From: Octopus sinensis
Taxonomy: Eukaryota
Assembly: GCF_006345805.1 (NCBI RefSeq)
Contig: NC_043016.1
Coordinates: forward strand, 15,934,001 to 15,998,000
Length of the DNA: 64,000 nucleotides
Reading direction: 5' to 3'
Of the stretch, positions 38,901 through 51,229 are shown one piece after another. Below the pieces are notes generated by a model. It saw only the letters and a program-made list of their open reading frames with translations, made no database searches and was not told where the DNA came from. The translations under genes and the position numbers were made by a program. Numbering within the stretch: position 1 is the stretch's first letter; each line of letters begins with the position of its first letter.

Positions 38901-39190
38901 CTGGTTGGCAAAACTGAGTACATCGGGGTCTTTGTCAGATCTGAGTATTTTGCTGACAACATTACAGAGATCAGATAAGCGGGCATCATCTTCGGGTAAA
39001 TTTAGTGTTTGTTTCATGCACGGAATGAATCTACAGAGTTTTAAGCGAATATTTGGAACTGGATCACAATATAGACTAAGGGCATTATCAAAGAGCTTCT
39101 CTTTGAAAAATGACTTCGAATATATATCTAAACTGATGCTGCAAACATCAAGAAAAAGACTTCGAAAATAGCAGTTACCCACGGACAATT
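38901..39190 (-). CDS. PPP4R4: PPP4R4 exon (last HEAT repeats)
   Basis: ctttacag|AA...AACCAG|gtaaga, 290 nt, phase 1 to 0. LSVGNCYFRSLFLDVCSISLDIYSKSFFKEKLF...DPVPNIRLKLC...DKDPDVL versus human RLRFLDTCEFIIEIFSKSFFCKYFF...DPVANVRMKLC...EKDKDVL. Confidence 0.96.
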
Positions 39191-39256
39191 CTGTAAAGAA
39201 ACAAAATGTTACATTTTAGAAATATGTTCCTGAAATTACCTGTCAAATAATAACTA

Positions 39257-39546
39257 GCGTAGTAACCGAGGGAGCTAAATCGAATTAGTTTTGACTTATT
39301 TCCTTTGTGGAACCGATCAAGAAGACGACATATATCGATCAATAGATGTAAACATTTATGTGTACATATGTTTATTTTTAATTTATAATTTTGCTTTCTC
39401 AGACTGGAGAAAAAAATTGAAAAACCACTGTTATACATTAAAACTGAACACATCCATTCATTGATCCAAATCTTCATGTTTCTTGATTAATCCCACAAGG
39501 GAAATAAATCAGAACTAATTCGATTTACCTCCCTTGGTTAATCGTC
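39257..39546. mobile_element. Fold-back MITE-like element with about 60-80 bp inverted arms
   Basis: taaccgagggagctaaatcgaattagttttgacttatttcctttgtgg pairs with cccacaagggaaataaatcagaactaattcgatttacctcccttggtta; flanked by TA on both sides. Confidence 0.8.
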
Positions 39547-41918
39547 TAAACAACATTAAAATAGTATTGTTTTTAACAACTTACATTTATTGCAAATACA
39601 CAAGTGTCTGATTTGCTTTAATTACTTTAATAGCTATTTTTTATTTATTTAAAAAGTTGGTTTTAATTTTATGAATGTCAGAAAAAATGTTTTGCAGTAT
39701 CTGTTCTGGCTCTTTAAATTTTGAGTTAAAATCCTGCTTTTTTGTTTCCAGAGACGAGAAGATAAAATACCAATCTAAGAACTGGTGTTGATAGTATTGA
39801 CTAACGCTGCCTTCTAACAGTCATTGGCTCTGTGCCTCAATAAAGAAGCATTATCTCTCTCTATAAATATCATGAGATAAGGTAAAACTATAATTATTGT
39901 ATGCATGCAATATCGCCTTTTGCTACACAGTATTCCCGTCATATGATGGCTAACTCAGTAGCTAGTGGGTGTGTGGAGAGAGAGAGAGAGAGAATCTACA
40001 CACATATGAACAGAAGCTCTAGTTTTGAAACAGCTGAAGCAAACACAAGAAGTCATGCTAAGTTGATCAAATTATGTCACATAAATCCAGTCAACAATAA
40101 AAATTCCTGCCCATCCAGCTGTGAGATGCCAAAACTTATTGCTATAAATACTGGTAACACTGATAAGCTGACGTGTTGTCCCATTCGCTGACACTAATAG
40201 AAAACACTTTCTTTTTCTGGGATATTCTAGAAATGCTTCTGCCACAGCCAATAATCCAATTTAACCGTTTCGTCATCAATCTGGCTGAAACCACCTCTGG
40301 CTCTGAGTACAAATGTGTTTTCATAAGTTTTGAATCAAAATCTTCCACCAAACCTTAGTCACAATTTATGTTCCTAATACCAACTTAGTGATAACTAAGT
40401 TATTTTGCTAAATTCTTTGTTATATTTAAAGTAAGTGAAATAAACACAGAGCATCTCAAAACAAATACAGTAATGAGAGGGTTAAAAGAATTATTTCTAA
40501 TATGGACACAAAACTCAAATTATTTATAGGTATGGGTATAATTAATGAAATTGATCCCAGTACTTATTTGATACATCTCAATGTAAAGTACTGCAACAAA
40601 TAGAAGCTATTTTGTCCCATGTTCTAACAAGTCTGTTCTTAATCTGCTCTCTTTAATAATAATTCTAATTTTGGTACAAGGTCAGCTATTTCGAGGCGAG
40701 GGGTAAGTTGCTTGCATCAACCTCAGTGTTCAGCTGGTATTTATTTCACCGACACCAATAATTACTTAGCCACTCCACAAATTAGCTTGCCCATTCACTA
40801 ATTAGTTTCTCAGATCCCTAATTAGCCTATTACTTTGCTAATTATGATTTCTTACATAAAGTTAAGAATATCTTTTCAGGTCTCTCTCTGCTTTCCATCT
40901 TCTTGAAAAGGTTGATAAAGTACCAGTTGTTGTTTAGTTCCAAAACAACCTTGAATAAACAAACCTGTGATCAAAGCACCCTACTGTTGTTATCGGGTAC
41001 AGTGTACCTTGGACTACATTATTTTATACGGTTTTCTCCTCAGATCCATCACCAACACAGTTTTATTATCATGAGCCTTGATTACATTTTTGTCCATGTT
41101 TGATTTCATCATTGCTAACTTGAATGTTGTCACCGTTGGAGTGGATTTCTTTTTATACAAAGAACATCAACATCAATGATTACTTGTCACAGAATAGTGA
41201 AAGAATTTAAACATTAAAATGTTTTATGAAGTAAAACATGTTTAGTATAATAAAAACTGTCATACTTTACATTACTAACCATAAATATACATACATTTAG
41301 AACATTAGATGTACATAAAACTATATACTCTACCATATACGTTTACAATATGAAAAAGACAAAAATAAATATCAATTTGACCTTTTATTCATTATTCCCA
41401 TCTCATAAATCTCCTTACATATTCCTAAAGAAATCCAGCAAAATCACCTTTAGTAATCATAGTCAGCCCAAAGTCAATATATTGATACTAAGACTATTAT
41501 GAAGATAATAAAGTGTAACTTAAATGACAATTAGCTGTTGTTTCTAGTATGTCAAGCAACTACCTAACTCTTTTCTCACAAATAAGCTTCATTCAAGTCA
41601 CAAAATCTCAGTTAAGTCATTACAACGGCCCCTCGCCACATCATCCCAACAAAGTGTCAATATACAAGTAAGACATCACAAGGGCTCTGGATCAAATCTA
41701 AATACTTCAAAGAGTTATGTCCCGAGTTCAAATCCTACCAGTGTCCAATAAACCTTTCAACTCTCAGGGGTGAATAATAGTTTTTATTGAGATCAGTTTG
41801 GTCTTCTAGAACATAGTGCCATAAAATACAGTGTTGGGCCTTAATTACAAATTATCATCATTAATATTAACAACAACAACAAAAACAGCAACTGCTAACT
41901 TGTAATATTTTAATTTAC

Positions 41919-42024
41919 CTTCTGTTAACTTGTTAATAAGTTGTTCTCTATATTCAGCCTTTTTTAGAGTACGCAGGAGTGTCAAAAATGTGCGTGCCAC
42001 TGCTAATTTTACAGGTAATGCCCT
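41919..42024 (-). CDS. PPP4R4: PPP4R4 exon
   Basis: atttatag|AGG...GAAG|gtaaat, 106 nt, phase 0 to 1. RALPVKLAVARTFLTLLRTLKKAEYREQLINKLTE versus human NVLPVQKAASRTLCIFLRYNRKQEQRHEVIQKLIE. Confidence 0.92.
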
Positions 42025-42958
42025 CTATAAATAAAAAATAAAAAAAAAAATTAAGAGACAATTATTTTAATTAAAACAAATTTTTTAAAATTATTTTTTG
42101 ATGAAATGATTATCATCATCATCATCATTTAATGTCTGCCTTCCATGTTGGTTGATTTCTCTAGTCATGCTTTATATTGTATAGAGAAAGGGGGAGAAAG
42201 TGTGTGTGTGTGAGAGAGAGAGAGAGAACACAAGAGGTGCAGGATGAGTGTTCTGTAACTTTCTGAGAAACAGATTTTTTTAACGACGGGTTTTTGAAAG
42301 AGCACATAGCAATTAGGTCGATAAAATTTGAAAAATAATCACATATATATATATTGCAAGCATGGAAGTGAGAAATTTGCTTTATTTAATTTTAATTTAA
42401 GGAAATGAATATTTTTCTTATGAAAATTAGAATTCATTTCATCATATCTTGAATAAGTATCAAGAAAGTTGAAAAAAGTTACAATTATTGCATTTATACT
42501 GTGATTCCTGATATTAGCCATGGTGACAAATATATAATTCTGAAGTTCTCTGTCATATGATGGATAACACCCAAGTGTTATGAATATAATAGTAATGTGT
42601 ATGAATGACAGGGCCGAAATGAATGAAGAGGTAAAATGAAGGAATCAGGTGTAGTGTGCCAGAGAAAAGACTGCATTGGTAATTATCATAGACGCGTAAA
42701 GAATTGCTGGGATATCAAAGAGGAAAACCAAAGAAAGTCATTTGCAGAAATGGTGACAGCTGCATTTGGGATCTCATGAAGAATATGGCAAGGGACTGTA
42801 AAAAGTGCCAAAGAAGCTGTGCCTAATCTATGTAAGTGCGGAAAATAGGCATAAAATAGTGGTGGTGATGAATATTGGTATATATTGAAGAATATTCAAA
42901 ACACCTCAAGAAACTAACTATACAAAAGAAATAAGCCAAAATCACATAAATAACCATA

Positions 42959-43108
42959 AATTCTGCTCAAGTCACTTCACTTTATCTTTGTTTCAACTTA
43001 ATCTTTGTTTTGTGTCACAGTTTCCATAATTAGCCATAAATGGAAACTGTGATACGAAACAAGGGTCAAGTTGATGCTTGCATAAAGTGAAGTGACTTGA
43101 GCAGAATT
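42959..43108. repeat. 150-bp near-perfect hairpin (69-bp arms, 12-nt loop)
   Basis: The outer 27 bp are perfect (aattctgctcaagtcacttcactttat). After a 7-bp mismatched block, the inner stem has 5 transitions in 35 bp. Confidence 0.92.
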
Positions 43109-43744
43109 AAATACTTGCGAGATATTTTTGATTGGTGCACCAATCACCTCCTGCCGACGAGCTTAGGCATATGTTTGTGTGAGTATGTGTAAAAAATATA
43201 TACATATATAAAGTGTGTTCACTTAATGTCCATTTTTTCAGGCAACAAATAGGTTGGACAGGAATTTATTGCAAGATGTTCTAGCTGCCAGCAATTATAA
43301 CCAGTACCAGACGATTATAGAAGACACTTGCCCAAGGTGCTGTACAGTAGGATTGAACCCAAAACTGTGTGGTTACAAAGCAAATTTCTTAACCACACAC
43401 ACCTGATGAACTCTCAGATAGATTGTGCAATGAGATTTCATTTATGGCAACCAACATGAAGACACCATTGAGAAGAAAACTTTTTAACCACAGAACTGTT
43501 TCTGGACCAAAAATCCTTAGGGTATTTCTTCTGAATGAAAGGCAAAGTTTAACCTCATTGGAATTTATACTTAGAAGTAAAGCCTACTGAATTTAACTTT
43601 GCCTTTCATCATTTCAAGAACTGGTAGAATAAAGTACCAGTCAAATACCAGGGGAATCAACATAATTGACTATCCACTCAAAACTACTGGTCTGGTATTT
43701 ACATTAAAAACATTATCATTATTATTGTTATTATCCTTTTGACT

Positions 43745-44030
43745 CAGGTTTTGTTGGAACTCTTGGAGTCTTGCATACATAGCAAGCTTACTACCTGCAT
43801 CCTACGGTATCATGCTATCCATTCTTTTCGAGTATCTAATACTTTCCTGGTAACAGTTCTACTGGCCACTCTATTCCAATTTCCTTTATATTCCTCTTGA
43901 TGTCTGCTAATACTGTCCCCAAGGACCCAACAATAAGTGGCACTATCTTCACCTTCTTCATTTTCCATAGCCTGGCTATTTCATAATTAAAAGGATTATA
44001 TATGTCTATTTTTTTAATCTTCCTTCTTGA
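43745..44030 (-). mobile_element. R4/Dong-like (restriction-like endonuclease) retrotransposon 3' fragment
   Basis: YEIARLWKMKKVKIVPLIVGSLGTV...IKEIGIEWPVELL matches the RLE C-terminal pattern. Confidence 0.7.
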
Positions 44031-44117
44031 CTATTTGTGGGTCAAAGGGTCATTGATTAAAATAAAATTCCTGAAGTAAAAATTTCTAAACAGAGCTAAT
44101 TTTATACAAATACTTAC

Positions 44118-44291
44118 AGCTTTTTTCAGTTTAGTGTAGATCACCGGCATAATTTTTACATAAATAGTTTCTGAATTAAACCACTTTGGAAGACTAGACA
44201 GAGTGAGTACAAACTCTTCTTGTAGTCGCCAAGAATAAGAGGAGAATATCACAGATTCTGCTGCCATGATGGCTGGAATGATTTCTGCTAC
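44118..44291 (-). CDS. PPP4R4: PPP4R4 exon
   Basis: ctttctag|GTA...AAAGCT|gtaagt, 174 nt. VAEIIPAIMAAESVIFSSYSWRLQEEFVLTLSSLPKWFNSETIYVKIMPVIYTKLKKA. Confidence 0.93.
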
Positions 44292-45051
44292 CTAGAAAGA
44301 TAATTAAAAAGTATGTATTTCACTTCATGTAAATATAATTGTTTTAAAATTTATATATATACATACATACATACATACATACATATAAATATATATATAT
44401 ATTTCTAATTCTATATGAAAATTAAGCTATACATAGAATTCAAAACTTTACTTCATAAAACAAATCCTAATTCTCATACACCTGCTGAAGCTGACTTAAC
44501 TTTTAATCCTTTCAAGGTCAATAAAATAAGGGTCGGCTGAGCACTGGGGTTGATGCAATTGACAACTCCTGGATTTGGGCATTAAAGAAAAACCTCCCTG
44601 TGCCAAGTCATGTTGAGCCAGTGTGGCAGAGTAAGCTCATCAAAACCAGTAGGATCTCAAGCTCCAATTCACAGCCTTTGCATCAGGACCATGGTTGGTG
44701 GAGGGAACTTGTTGAAGCCTTCATCCTGAACAGAGGCAATCCAATCCAAAGGTAATATAAAATATTAGTGTGTTCAAATCCTGCTGAGGTTAACTTTGTT
44801 TTTCATCTGTATGTGGTAGTTAATGCACCAAATTAAGGAGTGAATTAAATCAACTAAACTCCTCCCTTTCTACTCCTTCAAATTCACGGCCTTACATCTA
44901 ATACTAAAAACAATTATCATTTGAAATAAGGTACCAGTTAGGTAATAAGGTTGACTAACCCTCTTACCCCTAAATTTCTGATCACGTGACTATGTTACAA
45001 TCAACTGTTCCTATTTTGAATATATATTGTAAGAAAAAAAGATAGACTTAC

Positions 45052-45126
45052 TTGATTTTCTGAATGTTTATGTTTACCTAGAACTTCAAAAATTTCTGCA
45101 AGATGAGATGTAACTCCACTAAGTAC
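45052..45126 (-). CDS. PPP4R4: PPP4R4 exon
   Basis: attttag|GTA...AATCAA|gtaagt, 75 nt. VLSGVTSHLAEIFEVLGKHKHSENQ versus human VLDALIDHLPEILELM. Confidence 0.9.
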
Positions 45127-46093
45127 CTAAAATAAGAAGAACATTTAAGTCAATATAACTCTTTTATCACATAATTAGAGATTTATAAGGAAAAGATGAA
45201 GGGGGAAAAATTGGATCATCTTTTGAATATTAAGAAATGATAATAGTTTGTAATTTAAGCAGAAGGACAGGGATTAGCTTTTATATTGATTTATATTGAT
45301 CACATATTGTGCAATACATTTGTGTCATCATCATCATCATCATCATCATCATTTAGCGTCCGTTTTCCATGCTAGCATGGGTTGGACGGTTCAACTGGGG
45401 TCTGGGGAGCCCGAAGGCTGCACCAGGCCAGTCAGATCTGGCAGTGTTTCTACAGCTGGATGCCCTTCCTAACGCCAACCACTCCGAGAGTGTAGTGGGT
45501 GATTTTATGTGCCACCGACACAGGTGCCAGACGAGGCTGGCGAACGGCCACGCTCGGATGGTGTTTTTATGTGCCACCGACACAGGTGCCAGACGAGGCT
45601 GGCAGACGGCCACGCTCGGATGGTGTTTTTATGTGCCACCGACACAGGTGCCAGATGAGGCTGGCAGGTGAATAAATGCACAGATATACTTGCATGTATG
45701 CGAGTGGAAGCACAGATGTTCTTGCTTAGAGGTGAGTGCATCTGTGTCGGAGAGTGAATGCACAAATGTGTGTAAGGGCAAATGTAGAAGTGTGGAATAC
45801 ATTTTTGCTTTTCATTTGGTTTGGTTCGGAAGAAAGGTCTGCAACTATGACCCTATGACCATTGCAAAAACCCTCCCAAGACTGAGAGAATCATTGTGGT
45901 TAATGTTACTCTTCAACAGCTGCAAGAGAATTCCAGAGGGATTACATGCTGGGATGGAAGGACTGGATGAAGTAGTTAGTATGGGGGCTTAGAATGATGA
46001 GAAACTGAGTATGTCTGAGTGGAGGCAGACCAGATGTTCTGAGGAGCAGAAACCACACTGTAATAGCATGAAGGAAGGAGAGAGAAGGAGAGA

Positions 46094-46156
<63 letters not shown>

Positions 46157-46338
46157 GACATAGCATATCTGTGGACCCAAGATTGGAGTATGTTAGCAAG
46201 TGGCTTCACGGAAGGATGACAACCTCATCTTCCATGCTGGCATGGATTGGACAGTTTGAGAGGATGGAGTCAGAGAACTGCATTGAGCACCTATGTATTC
46301 TATAAAAACCCCATTAGAAAGTGTGTGTAAACTATATA

Positions 46339-46400
<62 letters not shown>

Positions 46401-46430
46401 CACACACACATACATACATACATACATATA

Positions 46431-46690
46431 CACCATTTCCTTGACTTATGACCAAGTTCCATTCTGAGTGACAGTTTGTAAGTCGACCTGGTCATATGTC
46501 GGATTTATAATTTTCAACACTATTTTCATTCATTGAAAGTGACTGAGCGACAGTGGCTGACAGTGGACGCCTGGGTCTAAGGGAGGCCTGCTTTCCCAGA
46601 TGCTGCCATTGTTAGTGTATGCGCAGCTGCCCAACATCCGAAAATCAATTTTTTACTTATTTTTTTGCGGTTGTAAGTCGAGAAGGTGTG
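46431..46690. mobile_element. pogo/Tigger-like MITE 20 bp from an exon donor
   Basis: TIR-like ccttgacttatgacc / ggttgtaagtcgagaagg in a TA context. Confidence 0.6.
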
Positions 46691-46709
46691 TGTATATATA
46701 TTACTGTAC

Positions 46710-46787
46710 CTCTAGATTATTGTCTCTTAGAAGATCTGCAAGGTTTTTCAGTAGAATCCCAGACTGAGTATCTAAAAGTTTGACCAC
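46710..46787 (-). CDS. PPP4R4: PPP4R4 exon
   Basis: attttcag|GTG...CTAGAG|gtacag, 78 nt. VVKLLDTQSGILLKNLADLLRDNNLE versus human VSKLLNSGVYLIHKELITLLQDESLE. Confidence 0.9.
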
Positions 46788-48438
46788 CTGAAAATAAACA
46801 GAAAGAATGTAAATAATTCATCACATTTATCATCATGATTAAGATACATCATCATCATCATCAGTATTATCATTTTAAAGTCTATTTTTCCATGCTAGCA
46901 TGCGTCAGATGAGATTCACTGAAGGGGACTTTTAAGGCTTGTTGCCAAAACAAGGTAATATTTCCCCCTAGTCCTTTGAACATAAAACCAGTGCAATGGC
47001 AAGATATGATTTCATGGAAGACTGCAAATAAACAACAGATATTTTGAGTTGTTTTTTTGTATAATGGTAGTGTTTGTATACAACTAGACTCCATGTCAAG
47101 AAAAGAAACATGAGCACACACACACATACTAACATACATACACACACAAAACATGGTGGACTTCATTCATTTTTGTCAACTAAATCTGCCCACAGGGCTT
47201 CTAGGTCAACCCATGGCTGTCACAGAGGACCCTGGCCCAAGATACCCAAAACTATGTATCTGCAAGATTCTTAACCAAATAGCCATAGCTGTGCCTTAGC
47301 AAAAAGATATCAAGATACATTTTAAGATTTGCTATCACCAGACATTCCACTCATGATCATCCAACATGTTCATGATTTTTGCTTTAAGACAGAAAGTAGA
47401 GTATTTGAACTGAGGTATGTGGTTGTTATTTCTATCAGACTGAACACTTCACACGGAGGATCCTTCATCGGTTAATATAAATATCAGCATTTAATATATG
47501 TAATCAGTTATTGTTCAGTCCAAGGATAATTTCGATTGAGCCAGGCCTTGTGAGCAAAAGAGTTCCATTTGTGACCATCTTGACTTTCCTTTTATACAGT
47601 AGGATGTGATTTGAAGGAATTTGGATGCTATTTCTAGCACAGTTAGCTACTGATAATTTCAATTCTTATGAACCTTGTAAAGGTGTGACGTATGAATTAC
47701 AACTCGTAAACAACAGACTTGACTGTTATTTAATCATAAAGTTAACTGCCATCACTGTCCATCACCAGTTCTCTCCCTTACCACGTGACATTATTCACTT
47801 CTCTCCTGAGAATCTCCAAATTCTCCAAGTCGTTCACATTGACATTCATCTCACACTCTAACCACAAACCATTTCTACAACTATTCATTACTCATTCTCT
47901 TTTACCTACAAACAGAGCAACCTTAGTTTTGCTTTCCCATTGTTAAACAACTTGGAGCCTGGAAGCTGTGTGTGTTGCTGGGGAGCAAAAACACAATAGC
48001 CATAGTAGCAGAAAGGTTGATTGCAAATGTTGGTTCAGGCTTCTTGACTACTTTCCAGTTTAGAGGACAGTGCACACACACAAGATGAGATATGACAGGA
48101 AAATTATTTCAGTGTTACTAAAAATACAAAAGCAATTGCTAGAGTTTAGCTTCACCCTTTTCGCATTCAGATTTCGTGGTCAAATGTAATTCTTATTTAT
48201 TCAAATTGGTTTGAATTAAGCACACATTATCTTGTAGTTTCAATGGTGTGTTTGTGTATTTTTAGAATGACATTGTAGGGTAAGTGTGAGAAGCATGATC
48301 TGGTCAGTTTTAACATAAAACAAATTGAATATCTGGACTGGATATAGACGGATTAAATGCTAAAGCATTAAATATTTTTAATAGCTAATATGAGAATGGA
48401 GAAACAAGAAGTTGCAGCATACATTCTTTCCCTATATC

Positions 48439-48590
48439 TGTTTCTTTATTGCCCACGAGGGGCTAAACATAGAGGGGACAAACAGGGACAGACAAATGGA
48501 TTAAGCCGATTACATCGACCCCAGTGTGTATCTGGTACTTAATTTATTGACCCCAAAAGGATGAAAGGCAAAGTCGACCTTGGCGGAATT
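48439..48590 (-). mobile_element. 5'-truncated family-A SINE with an alternative tail
   Basis: 12-bp TSD tttccctatatc (48427-48438, 48591-48602). The core gtcgactttgcctttcatcc..gtaccag is shared with 1821-2035 and 12317-12860, but the 3' tail differs. Confidence 0.85.
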
Positions 48591-48998
48591 TTTCCCTATA
48601 TCACAAATCAAACCCATTTGCAATAGAAATGACATGAAGCAGTTCCAAATGAGAATTGAAAACAGGTGGTAAACAAAGGATTTCAAGTTCTGTCATGGTA
48701 CCAACCATTGCCAGGTAACAAACGAATTTTTATTTTGGTCATACTGTATTAAATGAAATGAATTTCACCCCAGAATTCATATTAGAAAACAAAAACCCCA
48801 AAAACATTAAAATATATCTTATTTTTTACTTGTTTCAGTCACTGGACTGTGGTCATGCTGGGGCACCATCTTGAAGGGTTTTAGTTGAACAAGTCTTTTA
48901 CTTGTTTCAGTCATTAAACTGGTCATGCTGGGGCACTACCTTATATACTGCTATACAATATATGAAACAGTCATAAAAAGGAAAAAGCAACAACATAC

Positions 48999-49118
48999 CT
49001 CATGAAAACCATGTGCCATATTTTTTCGGACTGCAGGTAAAGAATCCTTGCACATCATTGAAAACGTTTCTAATAGTTCTGATTCAAAATCTTTGGCCCC
49101 AACAAACAAAGAAATAGC
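48999..49118 (-). CDS. PPP4R4: PPP4R4 exon
   Basis: ttttcag|GCT...CATGAG|gtatgt, 120 nt. AISLFVGAKDFESELLETFSMMCKDSLPAVRKNMAHGFHE versus human AMIVFVDPKNFHMELYSTFFCLCHDPEVPVRYTIAICFYE. Confidence 0.93.
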
Positions 49119-49921
49119 CTGAAAAATTATATGAAAAATGGGTTATTAAATAAAAAAAATTTTTTTAAATGAGAAGAAATGGTGAGGTAAGATCTGAAGA
49201 TATTGGAGAGGAGTTCAGATTCTATGAAGATTTCAAGTAGTTACTCAGCCTGTTTAATACAGAACAGTAAAATTTCCTTCAACAAATTGTTTACTGTCTT
49301 TATGATAGGAGATCTTATTAACAACACTGAGGAAGCTTCTATGTATCCCTCTGTTCAATTATGCTACATATTACAGCCACAGCTTCCTTTAAAAACAAAT
49401 TACTCCCTTTAAAACAGAGACAACCACTTTTGAAATGAAGACCAATTTTTTAAGTCTTTAAATTTACAACAGAAGATTCCAGAATAAAGATGGGACGACC
49501 ACAATGGAAGTTTTGATCTGGCTCTCAAATTTGGCTTCAGGTGGTTGGATTTGCAGGTTGAACTCTCTCATCTCTTCAGATTTACCTTTAAGTCACAGGT
49601 CTTGTAGGAATGGTTCTTGGCACACAATACTTTCTTACAGTAATATGGGATCACAATTTTGCCAAGAGTGCAGCCTATTGTATGATGAATACTTATTTAT
49701 TGATGTCCCCCTACCGTCCACCTCTACATGTACTGGGTTGAAAGACATTGACAAGAACAGAGAGATTTGAACCCAGAAATGTTGAAAAAGTATTATGCCT
49801 GGTGCTTTACCGTCTGTGCCATTCTGTTGCGGTGACCATCTCCATAACAATAATAATATTTCTAACACAGATACAAAGTTTGGATTTGAGATTTAGGTAG
49901 GGGGAGGGATTAGGTGATTAA

Positions 49922-50141
49922 CCCTTTAGCATTTCAACTGATCATATCTGGCCAAAATATTTTCCCTGCTTTATGTTCAAACTGACCAGATCCAGCCTCT
50001 CACACCTACCCTACAATGTCCTTCTAAATATAAACAATCACATCATCAAAATCTCAAAGCTATGAGACATTGCATGATTAATCTAAAATTATGTGAATAA
50101 ATAAGCATCACATTTGACAGAGTAATCTGAATGCCGAAGGG
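49922..50141. mobile_element. piggyBac-type MITE, second family (220 bp)
   Basis: ttaa|ccctttagcatt...aatgccgaaggg|ttaa. Decayed copies near 48155-48370 (inverted) and 58440-58620. Confidence 0.82.
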
Positions 50142-50163
50142 TTAAATTAACCACACTAATTAA

Positions 50164-50255
50164 CCCTTCAAACCTGTAACACTGGTTTACTGTGGAGTGC
50201 ATCAGGAAGCCAGGTGTATGGTCAAATAAGGTTCAGGTGGTCAGAGCTCAAAGGG
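50164..50255. mobile_element. 92-bp TTAA-flanked mini element
   Basis: ttaa|cccttcaa...ctcaaaggg|ttaa; only about 5 bp of perfect TIR. Confidence 0.5.
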
Positions 50256-50925
50256 TTAAGTTGCTGCATTATGAACCCCAGAGAGATGAAAAGAAAGTTG
50301 ATGATCTCAGAAGGATTTGAACACAAAACAAATTTCCTTAAAAAATATTGCTAGGCTTTTTGTCTGTCACTAACAGTCCACAGTAATGTATTCTGATTTA
50401 GGCAGAAGGGCCAGGGAGAAATTTAGATGATACCAATGACCCCAGTATGTGACTGGTACTTTATTTTATCAGCCCCTAAAAAAGAATGAAAAGAAAATTT
50501 GACTTCAATGTGATTTGAACTTGATCCTCAGAATGCTAGTTCTCTGAAATTTCCATCAATCAATCACACATTCCCCCATACGATGTCAACTGTCAGATGT
50601 AGGGGTCTATGAGTTGGCACATTAGTCAAGAGCAATGAAATCTCCAAAAAGGCCTTTTCTGGGAATTTCTGATGAGAGGAGAAACTGCCACCCCTTATTC
50701 AGAGGGGGTACTCAAATGCAACCTTGTTCCACCTCACAAAATTTCTCTGAGAGGCCCAGTCAGACATACAGAAATTACATGAACCACTGATTATGGAAAG
50801 TGTGTGTGTTGGGGGGAAGGGCCAGGTGGGAGAGTCATAAAACACAAGCACTGCCCCCCCACCACCACCACCACTGACCAAACAATAGCAACAAACCCAA
50901 AAAATATTTTTCAAGAGATACATAC

Positions 50926-50994
50926 TGGAAAGTTGTAGGCAGCATTTATCCTGCAGTTATGAAATGGATGTTCAATGGCCAATTGATTTTTAAA
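50926..50994 (-). CDS. PPP4R4: PPP4R4 exon
   Basis: attttcag|TTT...TTTCCA|gtatgt, 69 nt, phase 0 to 0. FKNQLAIEHPFHNCRINAAYNFP versus human RKNCAYNFP. Confidence 0.92.
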
Positions 50995-51229
50995 CTGAAA
51001 ATAAAAGGTGAAACAAACATGATAAATCACATAAATGGCTTCATTAAATAATTTAGAAAAAATAAATTATTTTACAACATTTTCCTTAACATTTATTTAA
51101 AAAATGCTTAACTCTTTTGTTACTGTATTTCTGTTGAAATATGCAGCTTTTGTTTCAATTATTTCATTGTGTTGGTATTTAAGCTGAAATTAAAACAGTG
51201 AATTTGTATGGCAGAAGTAGGGCCTGTCT

